64,000 nucleotides of DNA, taken from assembly GCA_902800355.1 (NCBI GenBank), contig CADCEE010000002.1:13227-77226 (forward strand). The letters run 5' to 3'. This DNA comes from an uncultured Erysipelotrichaceae bacterium. GTDB taxonomy: Bacteria; Bacillota_I; Bacilli_A; RFN20; CAG-826. Every line of letters begins with the position of its first letter. Within the stretch, counting starts at the first letter, position 1. Made by a program: the position numbers and the translations under genes. Shown here piece by piece: positions 15,699 to 25,392 of the stretch. The notes below the pieces were generated by a model, which searched no databases, was not told the DNA's origin, and worked only from the letters and a program-made list of their open reading frames with translations.

Positions 15699-16652
15699 TT
15701 ATTGTTTTCTCCAATTAATAATGGCTTGGTCTAATTTACGAATAATAACGTTAATCTGATCATAATCTAAAGATGGGAGTTGAGCTCCACTTGCGTGAGC
15801 GTGTCCGCCACCACCAACACTAACAGCCACTGGCTGTACAATTGGTCCATTACTTCTAAATTCGGCTCTTACTCTACCATCTGCATATTCGGCAAATGAA
15901 CACCAAATCGGATATCCTTCGATATTTCCTAATAAATTAATCAAATTAGAAGCATGGTTAGCAGATATATTAAGTTCCTTCAAAGTGTGACGGTCTAAAA
16001 CAATAGAAATAACACCTTCTGGAGATTTCTGATAGTGAGACATAACATATCCTTTAGCCGCTAAAGAGATTTCATCGGTCTTAGCTAAAACGCGATTAAT
16101 CTTATTTGGATTAGCTCCGTGCTCACATAAGAATTTGGCTCGCTCAAATGTCTGAGGATAATTAGAGACGAATTGGAATCTAGCACTATCGGTAAGAATA
16201 CCGAGGAATAAAGCATTAGCGCCAAGTTTAGAAATCTTTAAATCATGGTCAATAACTAATCCAGTAATAATATCGCAAGTACTATTAGCGTCAACATCAA
16301 CAATAAATGGTCCTTCCTTAAAAGAACCAGTATCAATATGATGGTCAATTTTTGCGAATTCCTTAGCGGTGAAGACTCTAGAATCTTCCATTCTTGCTAA
16401 ATCATTACCATCGACAATAATGGCTAAACTATTTTTGATAGTTTCATCATCTACTATATCCATCTTACAAATCACATCAAAAAATGATGGAACACCAGAT
16501 CCGGTAATATAGACTTTTTTATCAGGAAAATTTGAAAGAATAATTTCCTTCAAGCCAACCTGAGAACCATAACAATCTCCATCAGGATTTAAATGTCCAT
16601 AAATCACAATAGAGTCGTTCTTTTTTATTAAATCCCAAATTTGTTCAAACAT
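15699..16652 (-). CDS. nrnA: DHH/DHHA1 phosphoesterase NrnA (nanoRNase / pAp phosphatase)
   Basis: 317 aa with motifs HLNPDGDCYGS, DHH (KIDHHID) and GGGGHAHASG. Confidence 0.85.
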   Translation of the reverse strand: MFEQIWDLIKKNDSIVIYGHLNPDGDCYGSQVGLKEIILSNFPDKKVYITGSGVPSFFDVICKMDIVDDETIKNSLAIIVDGNDLARMEDSRVFTAKEFAKIDHHIDTGSFKEGPFIVDVDANSTCDIITGLVIDHDLKISKLGANALFLGILTDSARFQFVSNYPQTFERAKFLCEHGANPNKINRVLAKTDEISLAAKGYVMSHYQKSPEGVISIVLDRHTLKELNISANHASNLINLLGNIEGYPIWCSFAEYADGRVRAEFRSNGPIVQPVAVSVGGGGHAHASGAQLPSLDYDQINVIIRKLDQAIINWRKQ

Positions 16653-16661
16653 AAGCTAAAA

Positions 16662-17051
16662 TTAATTTTCGGATAATTCATCCTTTTCTTCGGATTCTTC
16701 TTCAACTTCAGAGGCGGATTCATCTTCGAATACTTTATTGTATTCTTCTTCCTCTTCATCTTTCTCTTCGATATCATCATCGCTAGTTTGGACATCACTA
16801 TAGACATCTCTCATATCGATATGAACTTTATCAAAGACGTGTCTTTCTCTTAAATCCCATTCATTTTCTCCAAGAGTAATGAAGCGTCCATCAAGCATCA
16901 TGTTAGTGAAGAATTGACCAACTTTGGCGTTTGCTTGTTCTTCGCTTAATCCAGATTCTTTTTTGACATACTCCCAGATTTCTTTGAAGTTGACAGATTC
17001 TTTGTGCTTAGAAACAAATTCATAAGCGTATTCAATTAAAGATTTAGACAT
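16662..17051 (-). CDS. rpoE: RNA polymerase delta subunit
   Basis: HARE-HTH-like N-terminal domain plus a poly-acidic tail (DDDIEEKDEEEEEY...). Start revised to the ATG at 17051, which follows AAAGGAGA. The longer ORF-track start at 17087 would overlap argS. Confidence 0.88.
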   Translation of the reverse strand: MSKSLIEYAYEFVSKHKESVNFKEIWEYVKKESGLSEEQANAKVGQFFTNMMLDGRFITLGENEWDLRERHVFDKVHIDMRDVYSDVQTSDDDIEEKDEEEEEYNKVFEDESASEVEEESEEKDELSEN

Positions 17052-17067
17052 ATATATGTCTCCTTTC

Positions 17068-18684
17068 TTACATTCTATTAGGGGCACTTACACCCACTAA
17101 TGTTAATGCGTTTTTCATAACAATTTTAGAGGCTAGGCATAAGCCTAATCTATTCGAGGTAACACTTAAGTTATCTCGATCTATAACTCGACATTCAGTA
17201 TAGAAGGCGTGAATCTTTTCTGCGACTTCATGAATGTAGTTAGTAATTTTATAAGGGGCTCTTTCTTTAGAAGCGGTTTTTACAATTTCCGGGAAATTAG
17301 ATAAAGCTTTAGCTAAATCTAATTCACTAGGCATATTTAATACTGGTGATTCGTTTACTTTTATATCGCTAGCACTAGATAAAATCGAACATAAGCGAGC
17401 ATGAGCGTATTGAGCGTAATAAACTGGATTATCACTACTTTGTTTGACCGCTAAATCTAAATCAAAGTCTAAATGTCCACTAGCGTTTCTCATGACAAAG
17501 AAATATCTTGCAGCGTCAACTCCAGCGTCCTCACATAATTCACGTAATGTATATCCGTTACCAGTACGTTTAGAGAGTTTAAACTCTTCTCCATCTTTCA
17601 TCATTCTCACCATTTGAATTAATTCAACTTGTAAGCACTCAGGAGAATATCCATGCATCATTAAAGCTGATTTCATACGGTTAATATAACCGTGATGGTC
17701 CGCTCCTAAAACATCAATTAATTGATCAAAGCCGCGGCTCATCTTATTGACGTGATAAACGATATCAGGCATGAAATAAGTATATTCGCCGTTGCTTTTT
17801 CTAATCACTCTATCTTTATCGTCTAAGAAGTCTGTGGTCTTTAACACTAACGCTCCATCAGATTCATAAACATGGTCTTTTAAATATTCGATTTCTTTTT
17901 CAACCGCTCCACCTGCTCTAATCTTTTTCTCAGAAGAGAAAACATCAAAGACGATGTTATAGTTTCTTAAATCTTCTTTAATCTTGTCTAACTCAAATTC
18001 CATTCCCTTTTCTTTGAAAAATTCAAAGTGGTCTGGTCTTTCTAATAAGTGAGGTCCAAATTCATCATAGATACGTTTAGCCACTAACTTTACATCTTCT
18101 CCGTGATAACCATCTTCAGGTAAAAGAAATGGAAGTCCTAATATTTCTTTATATCTCTCGATTAATGATTCACCAAGGTGATCAATTTGATTACCAGCGT
18201 CATTAATATAATATTCTCTAGTCACATCATAGCCGTCAAATGTTAAGATTCTTGCAATAGCGTCTCCTATAGCCGCTCCACGCGCGTGTCCTACATGTAA
18301 ATCTCCTGTCGGATTAGCAGAAACAAATTCTACATTTATTTTCTTGTTTTTCTTTTCGCTTCTGCCATAATTATTGTTATAAACGATAATATTATTAATT
18401 AAAGAACTAATAGAGTCGTTCTTCATAAAGAAATTAATAAAACCAGGTCCTGCGATTTCTACCTTTTCAATATTAGATAAATCTAATTTAGAAACAATAA
18501 GTTCAGCGACTTCTTTTGGAGATTTAGCAAAATATCGACAAGACTTCATTGCCACATTACTAGCGAAGTCTCCGTGAGCAGGGTCTTTAGAATTCTCGAT
18601 AACAATTTGATCTAAAGCCAAATCAACATTAAGTGACTTTAATGCTTGTTGAATATTAAGTTTTAAACCTTCTTTAATTTCCAT
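17068..18684 (-). CDS. argS: arginine--tRNA ligase
   Basis: 538 aa, class I signature SANPTGDLHVGH, and a C-terminal DALR anticodon-binding region. Confidence 0.95.
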   Translation of the reverse strand: MEIKEGLKLNIQQALKSLNVDLALDQIVIENSKDPAHGDFASNVAMKSCRYFAKSPKEVAELIVSKLDLSNIEKVEIAGPGFINFFMKNDSISSLINNIIVYNNNYGRSEKKNKKINVEFVSANPTGDLHVGHARGAAIGDAIARILTFDGYDVTREYYINDAGNQIDHLGESLIERYKEILGLPFLLPEDGYHGEDVKLVAKRIYDEFGPHLLERPDHFEFFKEKGMEFELDKIKEDLRNYNIVFDVFSSEKKIRAGGAVEKEIEYLKDHVYESDGALVLKTTDFLDDKDRVIRKSNGEYTYFMPDIVYHVNKMSRGFDQLIDVLGADHHGYINRMKSALMMHGYSPECLQVELIQMVRMMKDGEEFKLSKRTGNGYTLRELCEDAGVDAARYFFVMRNASGHLDFDLDLAVKQSSDNPVYYAQYAHARLCSILSSASDIKVNESPVLNMPSELDLAKALSNFPEIVKTASKERAPYKITNYIHEVAEKIHAFYTECRVIDRDNLSVTSNRLGLCLASKIVMKNALTLVGVSAPNRM

Positions 18685-18721
18685 ATTTTTAACACAAAAT
18701 TATACTTATTACTAATTTATA

Positions 18722-19204
18722 TTAGCAATAACTTTTTAACATAATCATTGAAGTAGCTTCAATAGCTTCGCCTCTTCCTACTTCTCCGCACTCTTCATTA
18801 GTGCCTGCTTTAATAGAGACTTGATTAAGCTCAACTTCTAATATAGAAGCGACATTTTTTCTCATCGATTCTATATAATCTTTAAGTTTTGGTTTTTCTA
18901 AAGAAATGAAGATATCAACGTTATTAACTTTATAACCTTTATCTTTCATCATCTTTACTACTTCTTTAACGATAAGACTACTATCCATATCTAGAGTACT
19001 ATTAGAGGTATCTGGGAAGTGTTTTCCTAAATCCCCTAAGGCCAAAGCCCCTAAAATAGATTCCGCTAAAGCGTGATATAAAACATCTCCATCACTATGA
19101 GCGAGCTCTCCTAATTCAAAAGGAATCACCACTCCAGCAATGATTAATTTTCTATTTTCCACTAATTTGTGGATATCTTTAGAAAAGCCAACGCGATATT
19201 CCAT
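18722..19204 (-). CDS. ispF: 2-C-methyl-D-erythritol 2,4-cyclodiphosphate synthase
   Basis: 160 aa with motifs GFSKDIH, AHSDGDVLYHA and GDLGKHFPD. Confidence 0.92.
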   Translation of the reverse strand: MEYRVGFSKDIHKLVENRKLIIAGVVIPFELGELAHSDGDVLYHALAESILGALALGDLGKHFPDTSNSTLDMDSSLIVKEVVKMMKDKGYKVNNVDIFISLEKPKLKDYIESMRKNVASILEVELNQVSIKAGTNEECGEVGRGEAIEATSMIMLKSYC

Positions 19205-20319
19205 TATTTTTTACCTGATACATTAAATTTAAAGAACATGATATCTCCGTCTTTAGGAAAATATCCTTTACCTTCGGTACGCATCTTACCTGCTTCTTTA
19301 ACCGCGAGTTCACTACCTAATTCATGAATGGAGTCATAAGTATATACTTCAGCGCAGATAAATCCTCTTTCAAAATCAGTATGAATAATACCAGCACATT
19401 TAGGAGCGCTATATCCATTAGGGAAGGTCCAAGCACGGCATTCATCCGCTCCTACTGTAAAGAAAGTAGATAAATTTAATAATTTATAAGTAGCCTTAAT
19501 TAACTGAGCAAGTCCACTAGTTTCAATTCCTAAATCTTTTAAGAATTCCACCTTTTCTTCTTTAGATAATTCAGAGAGTTGAGATTCTATCTCACAACTT
19601 ACCGGAATTACTTCATTATGTTCTTTAGAAGCATATTCTTTAACTTTGTTATAGTTCTCACAGTTATTGATATCTAACAAATCTTCTTCGCCAACATTAG
19701 CGACATAGATAATTGGTTTCTTGGTTAATAAATGATAACTATAAACCACTTCTTCTTGTTCTTGAGTAAGAGGAACGTTTCTTGCGGCCACTCCATTAGT
19801 TAAAGCTTCTTTAAGTGGAGTTAAACAAGACATCTCCATCACCGACTCTTTATCTTTTAAAATACGAGCCTTATTTTCAATCTTTTCGATTCTTCTAGTG
19901 ACAGTTTCTAAATCCGCCATCACGAGCTCTAGATTGATAACTTCTATATCTCTAATTGGATCAACATCCCCCTCAACATGGATAATATCACTATTAGTGA
20001 AGCATCTTACAACTTCCACAATCGCATCACATTCTCTAATATGAGAAAGGAATTGGTTTCCTAATCCTTCTCCTTTGGAGGCCCCTCTAACGAGTCCAGC
20101 AATATCATAAAATTCAATTGTGGCAGGGATAGTTCTTTCTGGTTTAAAGATATTCACTAAGAAGTCTAATCTTTCATCAGGAACTTCTACAATTCGGGTG
20201 TTTGGATTAATTGTGGCGAAAGGATAATTAGCAGCCTCCACGTGAGAGTTAGTAATCGCATTAAATAATGTTGATTTTCCTACGTTTGGTAAGCCCACAA
20301 TTCCTGCTTTTAATCCCAT
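19204..20319 (-). CDS. ychF: ribosome-binding ATPase YchF
   Basis: MGLKAGIVGLPNVGKST N-terminus and a C-terminal TGS-like domain. I prefer the ATG at 20319 over the upstream TTG at 20337. Confidence 0.93.
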   Translation of the reverse strand: MGLKAGIVGLPNVGKSTLFNAITNSHVEAANYPFATINPNTRIVEVPDERLDFLVNIFKPERTIPATIEFYDIAGLVRGASKGEGLGNQFLSHIRECDAIVEVVRCFTNSDIIHVEGDVDPIRDIEVINLELVMADLETVTRRIEKIENKARILKDKESVMEMSCLTPLKEALTNGVAARNVPLTQEQEEVVYSYHLLTKKPIIYVANVGEEDLLDINNCENYNKVKEYASKEHNEVIPVSCEIESQLSELSKEEKVEFLKDLGIETSGLAQLIKATYKLLNLSTFFTVGADECRAWTFPNGYSAPKCAGIIHTDFERGFICAEVYTYDSIHELGSELAVKEAGKMRTEGKGYFPKDGDIMFFKFNVSGKK

Positions 20320-20343
20320 AATCTTGTCTTCTTTCAATTGAAT

Positions 20344-20371
20344 ATTATATTCAAATTTCTAAATAAGACAA
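20344..20371 (-). promoter_or_regulatory. candidate promoter of ychF-ispF
   Basis: On the minus strand: TTGTCT (20371-20366), 16 nt, TATAAT (20349-20344). Confidence 0.4.
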
Positions 20372-20399
20372 AGATAAAATAATATTTTATAGTTATTCG

Positions 20400-23192
20400 T
20401 TAATATAAACACTCTAATGGAGGGATTTTTGATATCTTTTTAGAAATCAAAATAGAGCTCACTAACGCAATTAAAGTATCAACTAAAAACATATAGATAA
20501 TCGACATCGGATTAAAGACAAAAATCGAATTAATATGAAGTGAACTTGCTAGAACTTTTGATAAGACAAAAGATATAACAAATAGCTCCACCAGTGAAAG
20601 AAATAAAGAGAAACTAGTCATTATAAATGAATGGAAATAAACAAACTTCTTACTTTGACTTTTCTTGCTTCCTAAAATACGTACTAACCCAATATCTTTT
20701 TTTACTTCTAGAAAATGTAAATAATTACATATAAATAGAATAAGACTAGCGATAACGATGCTAGAAATAGAAACAATTAATAAAATTAATTCAATATAAC
20801 CACAAATCTCATCGACACTATTTTTAATATCTTTAAGCGGAGAATAAACTTCACATTGAGGGAATGATCTAGATAAAGACGCTATCACTTCTTCTTCGTG
20901 ATTAGTGTCTATTTGCAAAGCAAAATTCTCTATATTTAAATCAAAAGTGGATACTCCAAGCATGCACTGGAAAAATAAAACTGACCAGCTTTCATTATGA
21001 TGAATAGCAAGTTTTGCGCTATCAGAAACTCCAACAATTTTTAAAGACACCGTTTTAAAGTCTCTAGATATATATCCGTTGGGTAATAAGTTTTCTTTTA
21101 ATGGGAAAGATAAATATATCGTTTTATTTTTAGGTTCACTAATATTTAACTTCTCTAATAAAGCAGATGAAACCACTATTTCCTGATAATTAACCGGTGC
21201 TCTTCCACTAATTATTTTATAATTAGGTTCAAAACAAAATCCTGATATATTACTTTTAGAAAAGTGACCTTCAATAGTGCCTATAGGAAGAGAAATATTT
21301 TGCGAATCTTCATATCTTACATAGCTAAGTAAATCCACAATGTCATAAATACTCACTTCATTACTAGATAAATAAGTACTTTTAGAAAATCCCACCATCA
21401 AACTTTTATCGTATATCGCATAAGCATTAGACGAACCATACGTCACACTTTTAATATAACGGCTACTACTTTTACAAAACGGGCCAATAAAAGAAGGAAG
21501 ATAATCTTTTCTAGTTCTTTTAACTATCAATACCCTAGAACACTCAAAAATATCAGCGTTTACTAATAATTTTGGATAATATAAATTGCTAAGTATTTCA
21601 AAATCAAAGTCTTTATATTTAAAATCAAAGCGATGTTCTTTTATAAATTCATCTCTACTAGTAGAGAAATTAAAATAATACGCTTTTTTTAAATCCCATG
21701 GATGAGCGCTATTAACATTAAGATAGGGTGTAGTTGGTAACGTTAATTTGTTTTCTAAAATATATTCGTTCCATATCGGATTAGAGTGATATATAAGAAT
21801 TTGATTAGATAAGATAAATCCTTTAAGTTTTAATGAAAAACTACCTTCATATTGCCAAACACTATTAGAAACTAAGAATGTGAAATATAAATCATTATGT
21901 TCTATATATTTAGAAAAAGAAGACATCGTTCTTTCTATTTGAAGCTGAAAACATAATTCGTTGACAACAGAAAAAGGAGCGGATAAAACAAATTCATCAT
22001 TTGCTAAAGAATTAACTTTATTAGGAACAATATCTAATGAACTTTTTATTAAACCAAACTCATTAATGTCACTAATAGTGAGACCACTAATCGGTTTAAT
22101 CTGACTTCCCTTTTCTATATAAGCAACGTTATAGTCAAACATTAAATTGAAGTCATTGGCGTAATATACCCCAATATAATCAATATCCTTTTCATAGCCA
22201 TCAGCTAAAGAAAGTACTTCATCATAATCTGCTCCCGTAATTATATCTTTACATATCTCCTTGTCTTTATTAGTTAAAATAAGTCGGTCATCATCTAAAA
22301 TAGAGGAATAACTTCGATATAAATTAGTAGAAATAATATTTGATAACGTACTAGCAAGTCCCACTCCAATAAGCCCAAAAGAAGTTACAAATGTTATAAA
22401 CATTGTTCTCCATTTCCTTCTTTTAATAGTGTGAAGTGTATGTCTAAATAAAAATGAAAAAGGAAGAAGTCTAGTTTGTGTTTTAAAAGAGAGATTTAAA
22501 ACAGGTAAATACTCTTGGTGTTTTTTCTTGTTTTGATAGATGATGTCACAAACTTTGCCGTCGCTCATCTTAATAATCTGATCAGCGTATTTTTCAGTTA
22601 ACTCTAAATCATGAGACACCATAATAACTAAAGAAGAAGAACTAATCTTTTCTAATAGTTTCATTACCACTTCAGTATTTTTCTCATCCAGATTCCCAGT
22701 TGGTTCGTCCACCAATAGAATAAGTGGAGAATTAGCGACCGCTCTAGCTAATGCTACTCTTTGTTTTTCTCCTCCTGATAAATTATTAACAATCTGATTT
22801 TCTTTTGAAGATAAGTTAACAAGCCTAAGAAGATCATTAATGCGCTTGTCTTTTTTAGATTTTTTATCTCCACATGCGATATCTATTGCTAAAGCAATAT
22901 TTGATTTTACTGATTCATTTTCAAATAATTTATAATCTTGAAATAAGAAACCTAGTTTTCTGCTCCTAATAAGTTCTTTCTCATCTTCGTTAAGCCCTTG
23001 ATATGACTTACCATCAAGAGTGATATCGCCAGAAAAATCTAATAAAGTACTCAATATGTTTAACAAAGTTGTCTTACCACAACCTGAAGGACCATTAATT
23101 ATCACTAGTCCATATCTAGGCAAGGATAAAGACACATCTTTTAAAACATAACGTTCATTAAATTTTTTACTAACATTAATTAACTCAATCAT
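20400..23192 (-). CDS. MacB-type fused ABC transporter (ATPase + FtsX-family permease) with ~500-aa extracytoplasmic domain
   Basis: 930 aa. Walker A GPSGCGKTT, signature LSGGEKQR, Walker B LLVDEPT. TM1 is near residue 265, followed by a long loop and three C-terminal FtsX-type TMs. Confidence 0.85.
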   Translation of the reverse strand: MIELINVSKKFNERYVLKDVSLSLPRYGLVIINGPSGCGKTTLLNILSTLLDFSGDITLDGKSYQGLNEDEKELIRSRKLGFLFQDYKLFENESVKSNIALAIDIACGDKKSKKDKRINDLLRLVNLSSKENQIVNNLSGGEKQRVALARAVANSPLILLVDEPTGNLDEKNTEVVMKLLEKISSSSLVIMVSHDLELTEKYADQIIKMSDGKVCDIIYQNKKKHQEYLPVLNLSFKTQTRLLPFSFLFRHTLHTIKRRKWRTMFITFVTSFGLIGVGLASTLSNIISTNLYRSYSSILDDDRLILTNKDKEICKDIITGADYDEVLSLADGYEKDIDYIGVYYANDFNLMFDYNVAYIEKGSQIKPISGLTISDINEFGLIKSSLDIVPNKVNSLANDEFVLSAPFSVVNELCFQLQIERTMSSFSKYIEHNDLYFTFLVSNSVWQYEGSFSLKLKGFILSNQILIYHSNPIWNEYILENKLTLPTTPYLNVNSAHPWDLKKAYYFNFSTSRDEFIKEHRFDFKYKDFDFEILSNLYYPKLLVNADIFECSRVLIVKRTRKDYLPSFIGPFCKSSSRYIKSVTYGSSNAYAIYDKSLMVGFSKSTYLSSNEVSIYDIVDLLSYVRYEDSQNISLPIGTIEGHFSKSNISGFCFEPNYKIISGRAPVNYQEIVVSSALLEKLNISEPKNKTIYLSFPLKENLLPNGYISRDFKTVSLKIVGVSDSAKLAIHHNESWSVLFFQCMLGVSTFDLNIENFALQIDTNHEEEVIASLSRSFPQCEVYSPLKDIKNSVDEICGYIELILLIVSISSIVIASLILFICNYLHFLEVKKDIGLVRILGSKKSQSKKFVYFHSFIMTSFSLFLSLVELFVISFVLSKVLASSLHINSIFVFNPMSIIYMFLVDTLIALVSSILISKKISKIPPLECLY

Positions 23193-25278
23193 TAGCCTTT
23201 AACTCCAAACTTAAAGAACGTTTCTTGGAAAATTTAATTGGGATAAGAGTCGCTAGAGCAATTAAAACTCCAACCGAAATTGTGATTAATAAAGGATATA
23301 AAAATGGAACTTTATAAAAAGATAAATATGGAATCGAAATAATATTACTAACGTTTATATATTTATAAATAACGTTATTGATTATCGAAGATAATGGGTA
23401 AGAAAGAATTAAAGATAAAGCTAAAGATATGAATCCAGAATACATGTTTTCATTTACATATATATTTTCAATATCGCTATTTTTAGCGCCTAAAGATGTA
23501 AGGATGGCGCTAATCTTTCGGTCCTCAGAGTAATTTGTAAAAGAAATAATAGTAATAATTAATAAAGTTCCAATAACCCCAATTGCTAAAAACAAAAACA
23601 GTGCATACTCTGCCGCGTTCATAAATCCAATCAAAGAATTAGCAATAACTAATGAAGTAGAATTAAATGTATACTCACCAAAAATTGAGTTATCAAATAG
23701 TAAATTTCGATCTTTATAATCTTTTAAAAATAATTGATAGGAATAAGAAGAAATAACAGAATAGTCTTCAGCGTCCATTACCCTGTCGTACCATGTAATC
23801 TTACTATCATAGTAGGTTGATAGGTTTAGAAGAACATATTCTTGCAAATAACTTTCAAGCGATAAATAAGAATAATATATTTTAGGGGAATTCAAATAGT
23901 CTAATTCATCCACCACCCCAACAATCAAACAGTCGGTTTCAAATTCAAAATAGTCTGTTATCTCTTCTCCATATTCATTTACATAAATTGATTCAAATTT
24001 ATGATATAGATGTAAGTATTCGTTAAGGGGTTCATAGCCAAGCAGCGAAGCGATTTGGTTATAACATTTTAAATTAATAATTACTTCATGGAGACTATCA
24101 CTATGTGGTATATCTCCCTTAGTAAGTAATGACTTATCATAATATCCATCTTGATAGCTATAAATAGGTGTATAAGACAAGCCTTCAAATACTAAGTCAC
24201 TAATTGAAATTTTAATATTTTGTGGCAAAATTGCCGAAAAGTTTGGGCAAATATTGAATAATTTACCAATTTTGTCATTACTTCTTAACTCAACAATATT
24301 AGGACGTACTGATTTGGTCAATTTAATAAAACCTGTATCAGATACAATCTCATCTTTACTAAGAGTCCCATATCCAAAATCTAACTGCTCATAGGTTGAG
24401 TTTTTTATAGCTGAATCTTTTCCATTTATAAATCCAAACACTAAAGTAGTGATGATCATTGAAATAGATAAAGAGGCAACAACAAATAGGTTTCTTTTGA
24501 TCCTCTTTCTATAATTTTTAAGACTAAATTTACTAATCCAATTATATTGTCCTTTATATTCTTCTTTTGGTTTGGTTAATTCTTCTTCCGTCTTTATATT
24601 TGCATAATCATTAATTATTCTTCCATCTGATAATTCAACTATTCTATTGCAATATTGTTTAACTAGTTGTAGGTTGTGGGATACCATAATCACTAGTCTT
24701 GATTTACTAATCGAAGATAATAGCTTCATTACTTTTTTAGAATTTATAGAATCAAGAGCACCGGTTGGCTCATCACATAGTAATATCTTAGGGTTTCTTA
24801 TTAAGGCGCGAGCAATTGCAACTCTTTGAGACTCTCCTCCAGAAAGCTTATTAACATTTGACTTATATAATTCCTCTGGTATACCAACATACTTTAATAA
24901 AGAAGTTGCTATAGCAACTGCTTTATTCTTTTTCACTCCACTTATTAATAAAGGTAAAGAAACATTTTCTATAACAGTTCTATCTGGAATCAAATTATAT
25001 TGCTGAGAAACTAATCCAATCTCATCTCTATAAAATAAATAATCTTTCTTCTTTTTAGATATATATTTCTTTTTATTTAAATAAATCTCACCTTTTGATG
25101 GGTTATCAAATCTAGAGATCATATTTAAAAGCGTGGTTTTCCCACTTCCGCTTTTTCCAATAATTGAAACAAATCCTGTATTATCAAAAGATAAATTGAT
25201 ATTGTTTAACGCAGTAAAAGACTTTTCCTTAGTAATTGGAAAATATTTGCATAATCCTTTAATTATTAGAGTCTTCAA
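23185..25278 (-). CDS. MacB-type fused ABC transporter (ATPase + FtsX-family permease), paralog
   Basis: 697 aa. TTG start 7 nt after GGAGGG. Walker A GKSGSGKTT, signature LSGGESQR, Walker B LLCDEPT, and an FtsX-type C-terminus. TGA stop inside ATGATTGA, an 8-nt overlap with the downstream paralog. Confidence 0.85.
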   Translation of the reverse strand: MKTLIIKGLCKYFPITKEKSFTALNNINLSFDNTGFVSIIGKSGSGKTTLLNMISRFDNPSKGEIYLNKKKYISKKKKDYLFYRDEIGLVSQQYNLIPDRTVIENVSLPLLISGVKKNKAVAIATSLLKYVGIPEELYKSNVNKLSGGESQRVAIARALIRNPKILLCDEPTGALDSINSKKVMKLLSSISKSRLVIMVSHNLQLVKQYCNRIVELSDGRIINDYANIKTEEELTKPKEEYKGQYNWISKFSLKNYRKRIKRNLFVVASLSISMIITTLVFGFINGKDSAIKNSTYEQLDFGYGTLSKDEIVSDTGFIKLTKSVRPNIVELRSNDKIGKLFNICPNFSAILPQNIKISISDLVFEGLSYTPIYSYQDGYYDKSLLTKGDIPHSDSLHEVIINLKCYNQIASLLGYEPLNEYLHLYHKFESIYVNEYGEEITDYFEFETDCLIVGVVDELDYLNSPKIYYSYLSLESYLQEYVLLNLSTYYDSKITWYDRVMDAEDYSVISSYSYQLFLKDYKDRNLLFDNSIFGEYTFNSTSLVIANSLIGFMNAAEYALFLFLAIGVIGTLLIITIISFTNYSEDRKISAILTSLGAKNSDIENIYVNENMYSGFISLALSLILSYPLSSIINNVIYKYINVSNIISIPYLSFYKVPFLYPLLITISVGVLIALATLIPIKFSKKRSLSLELKAND

Positions 25279-25284
25279 ATAAAA

Positions 25285-25308
25285 ACCCTCCTATATATTA
25301 AAGAGGGC
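25285..25308 (-). promoter_or_regulatory. SD-sequestering hairpin in ABC operon leader
   Basis: Minus-strand RNA GCCCUCUU-(8-nt loop)-AGGAGGGU forms an 8-bp stem (2 G:U pairs). It occludes the only SD upstream of the TTG start at 25278. Confidence 0.35.
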
Positions 25309-25352
25309 AAAAAATCGAAAACTTGCGAAAAAAAGTTTTAAAAATTGTTAGT

Positions 25353-25387
25353 CAAAATAAATGACCTGCTTTGCAGGTCACTTTTTT
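25353..25387. terminator. terminator after fhs
   Basis: TGACCTGC-TTT-GCAGGTCA (perfect 8 bp) flanked by an A-run and a T-run. Confidence 0.7.
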
Positions 25388-25392
25388 ACAAA

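Noticed and set aside
17052-18721. T-box leaders upstream of the aminoacyl-tRNA synthetase genes argS and lysS.
   Set aside because: The upstream gaps are only 37 nt (18685-18721) and 65 nt (44216-44280). That is far too short for a T-box of roughly 200 nt, and no specifier or T-box sequence was seen.
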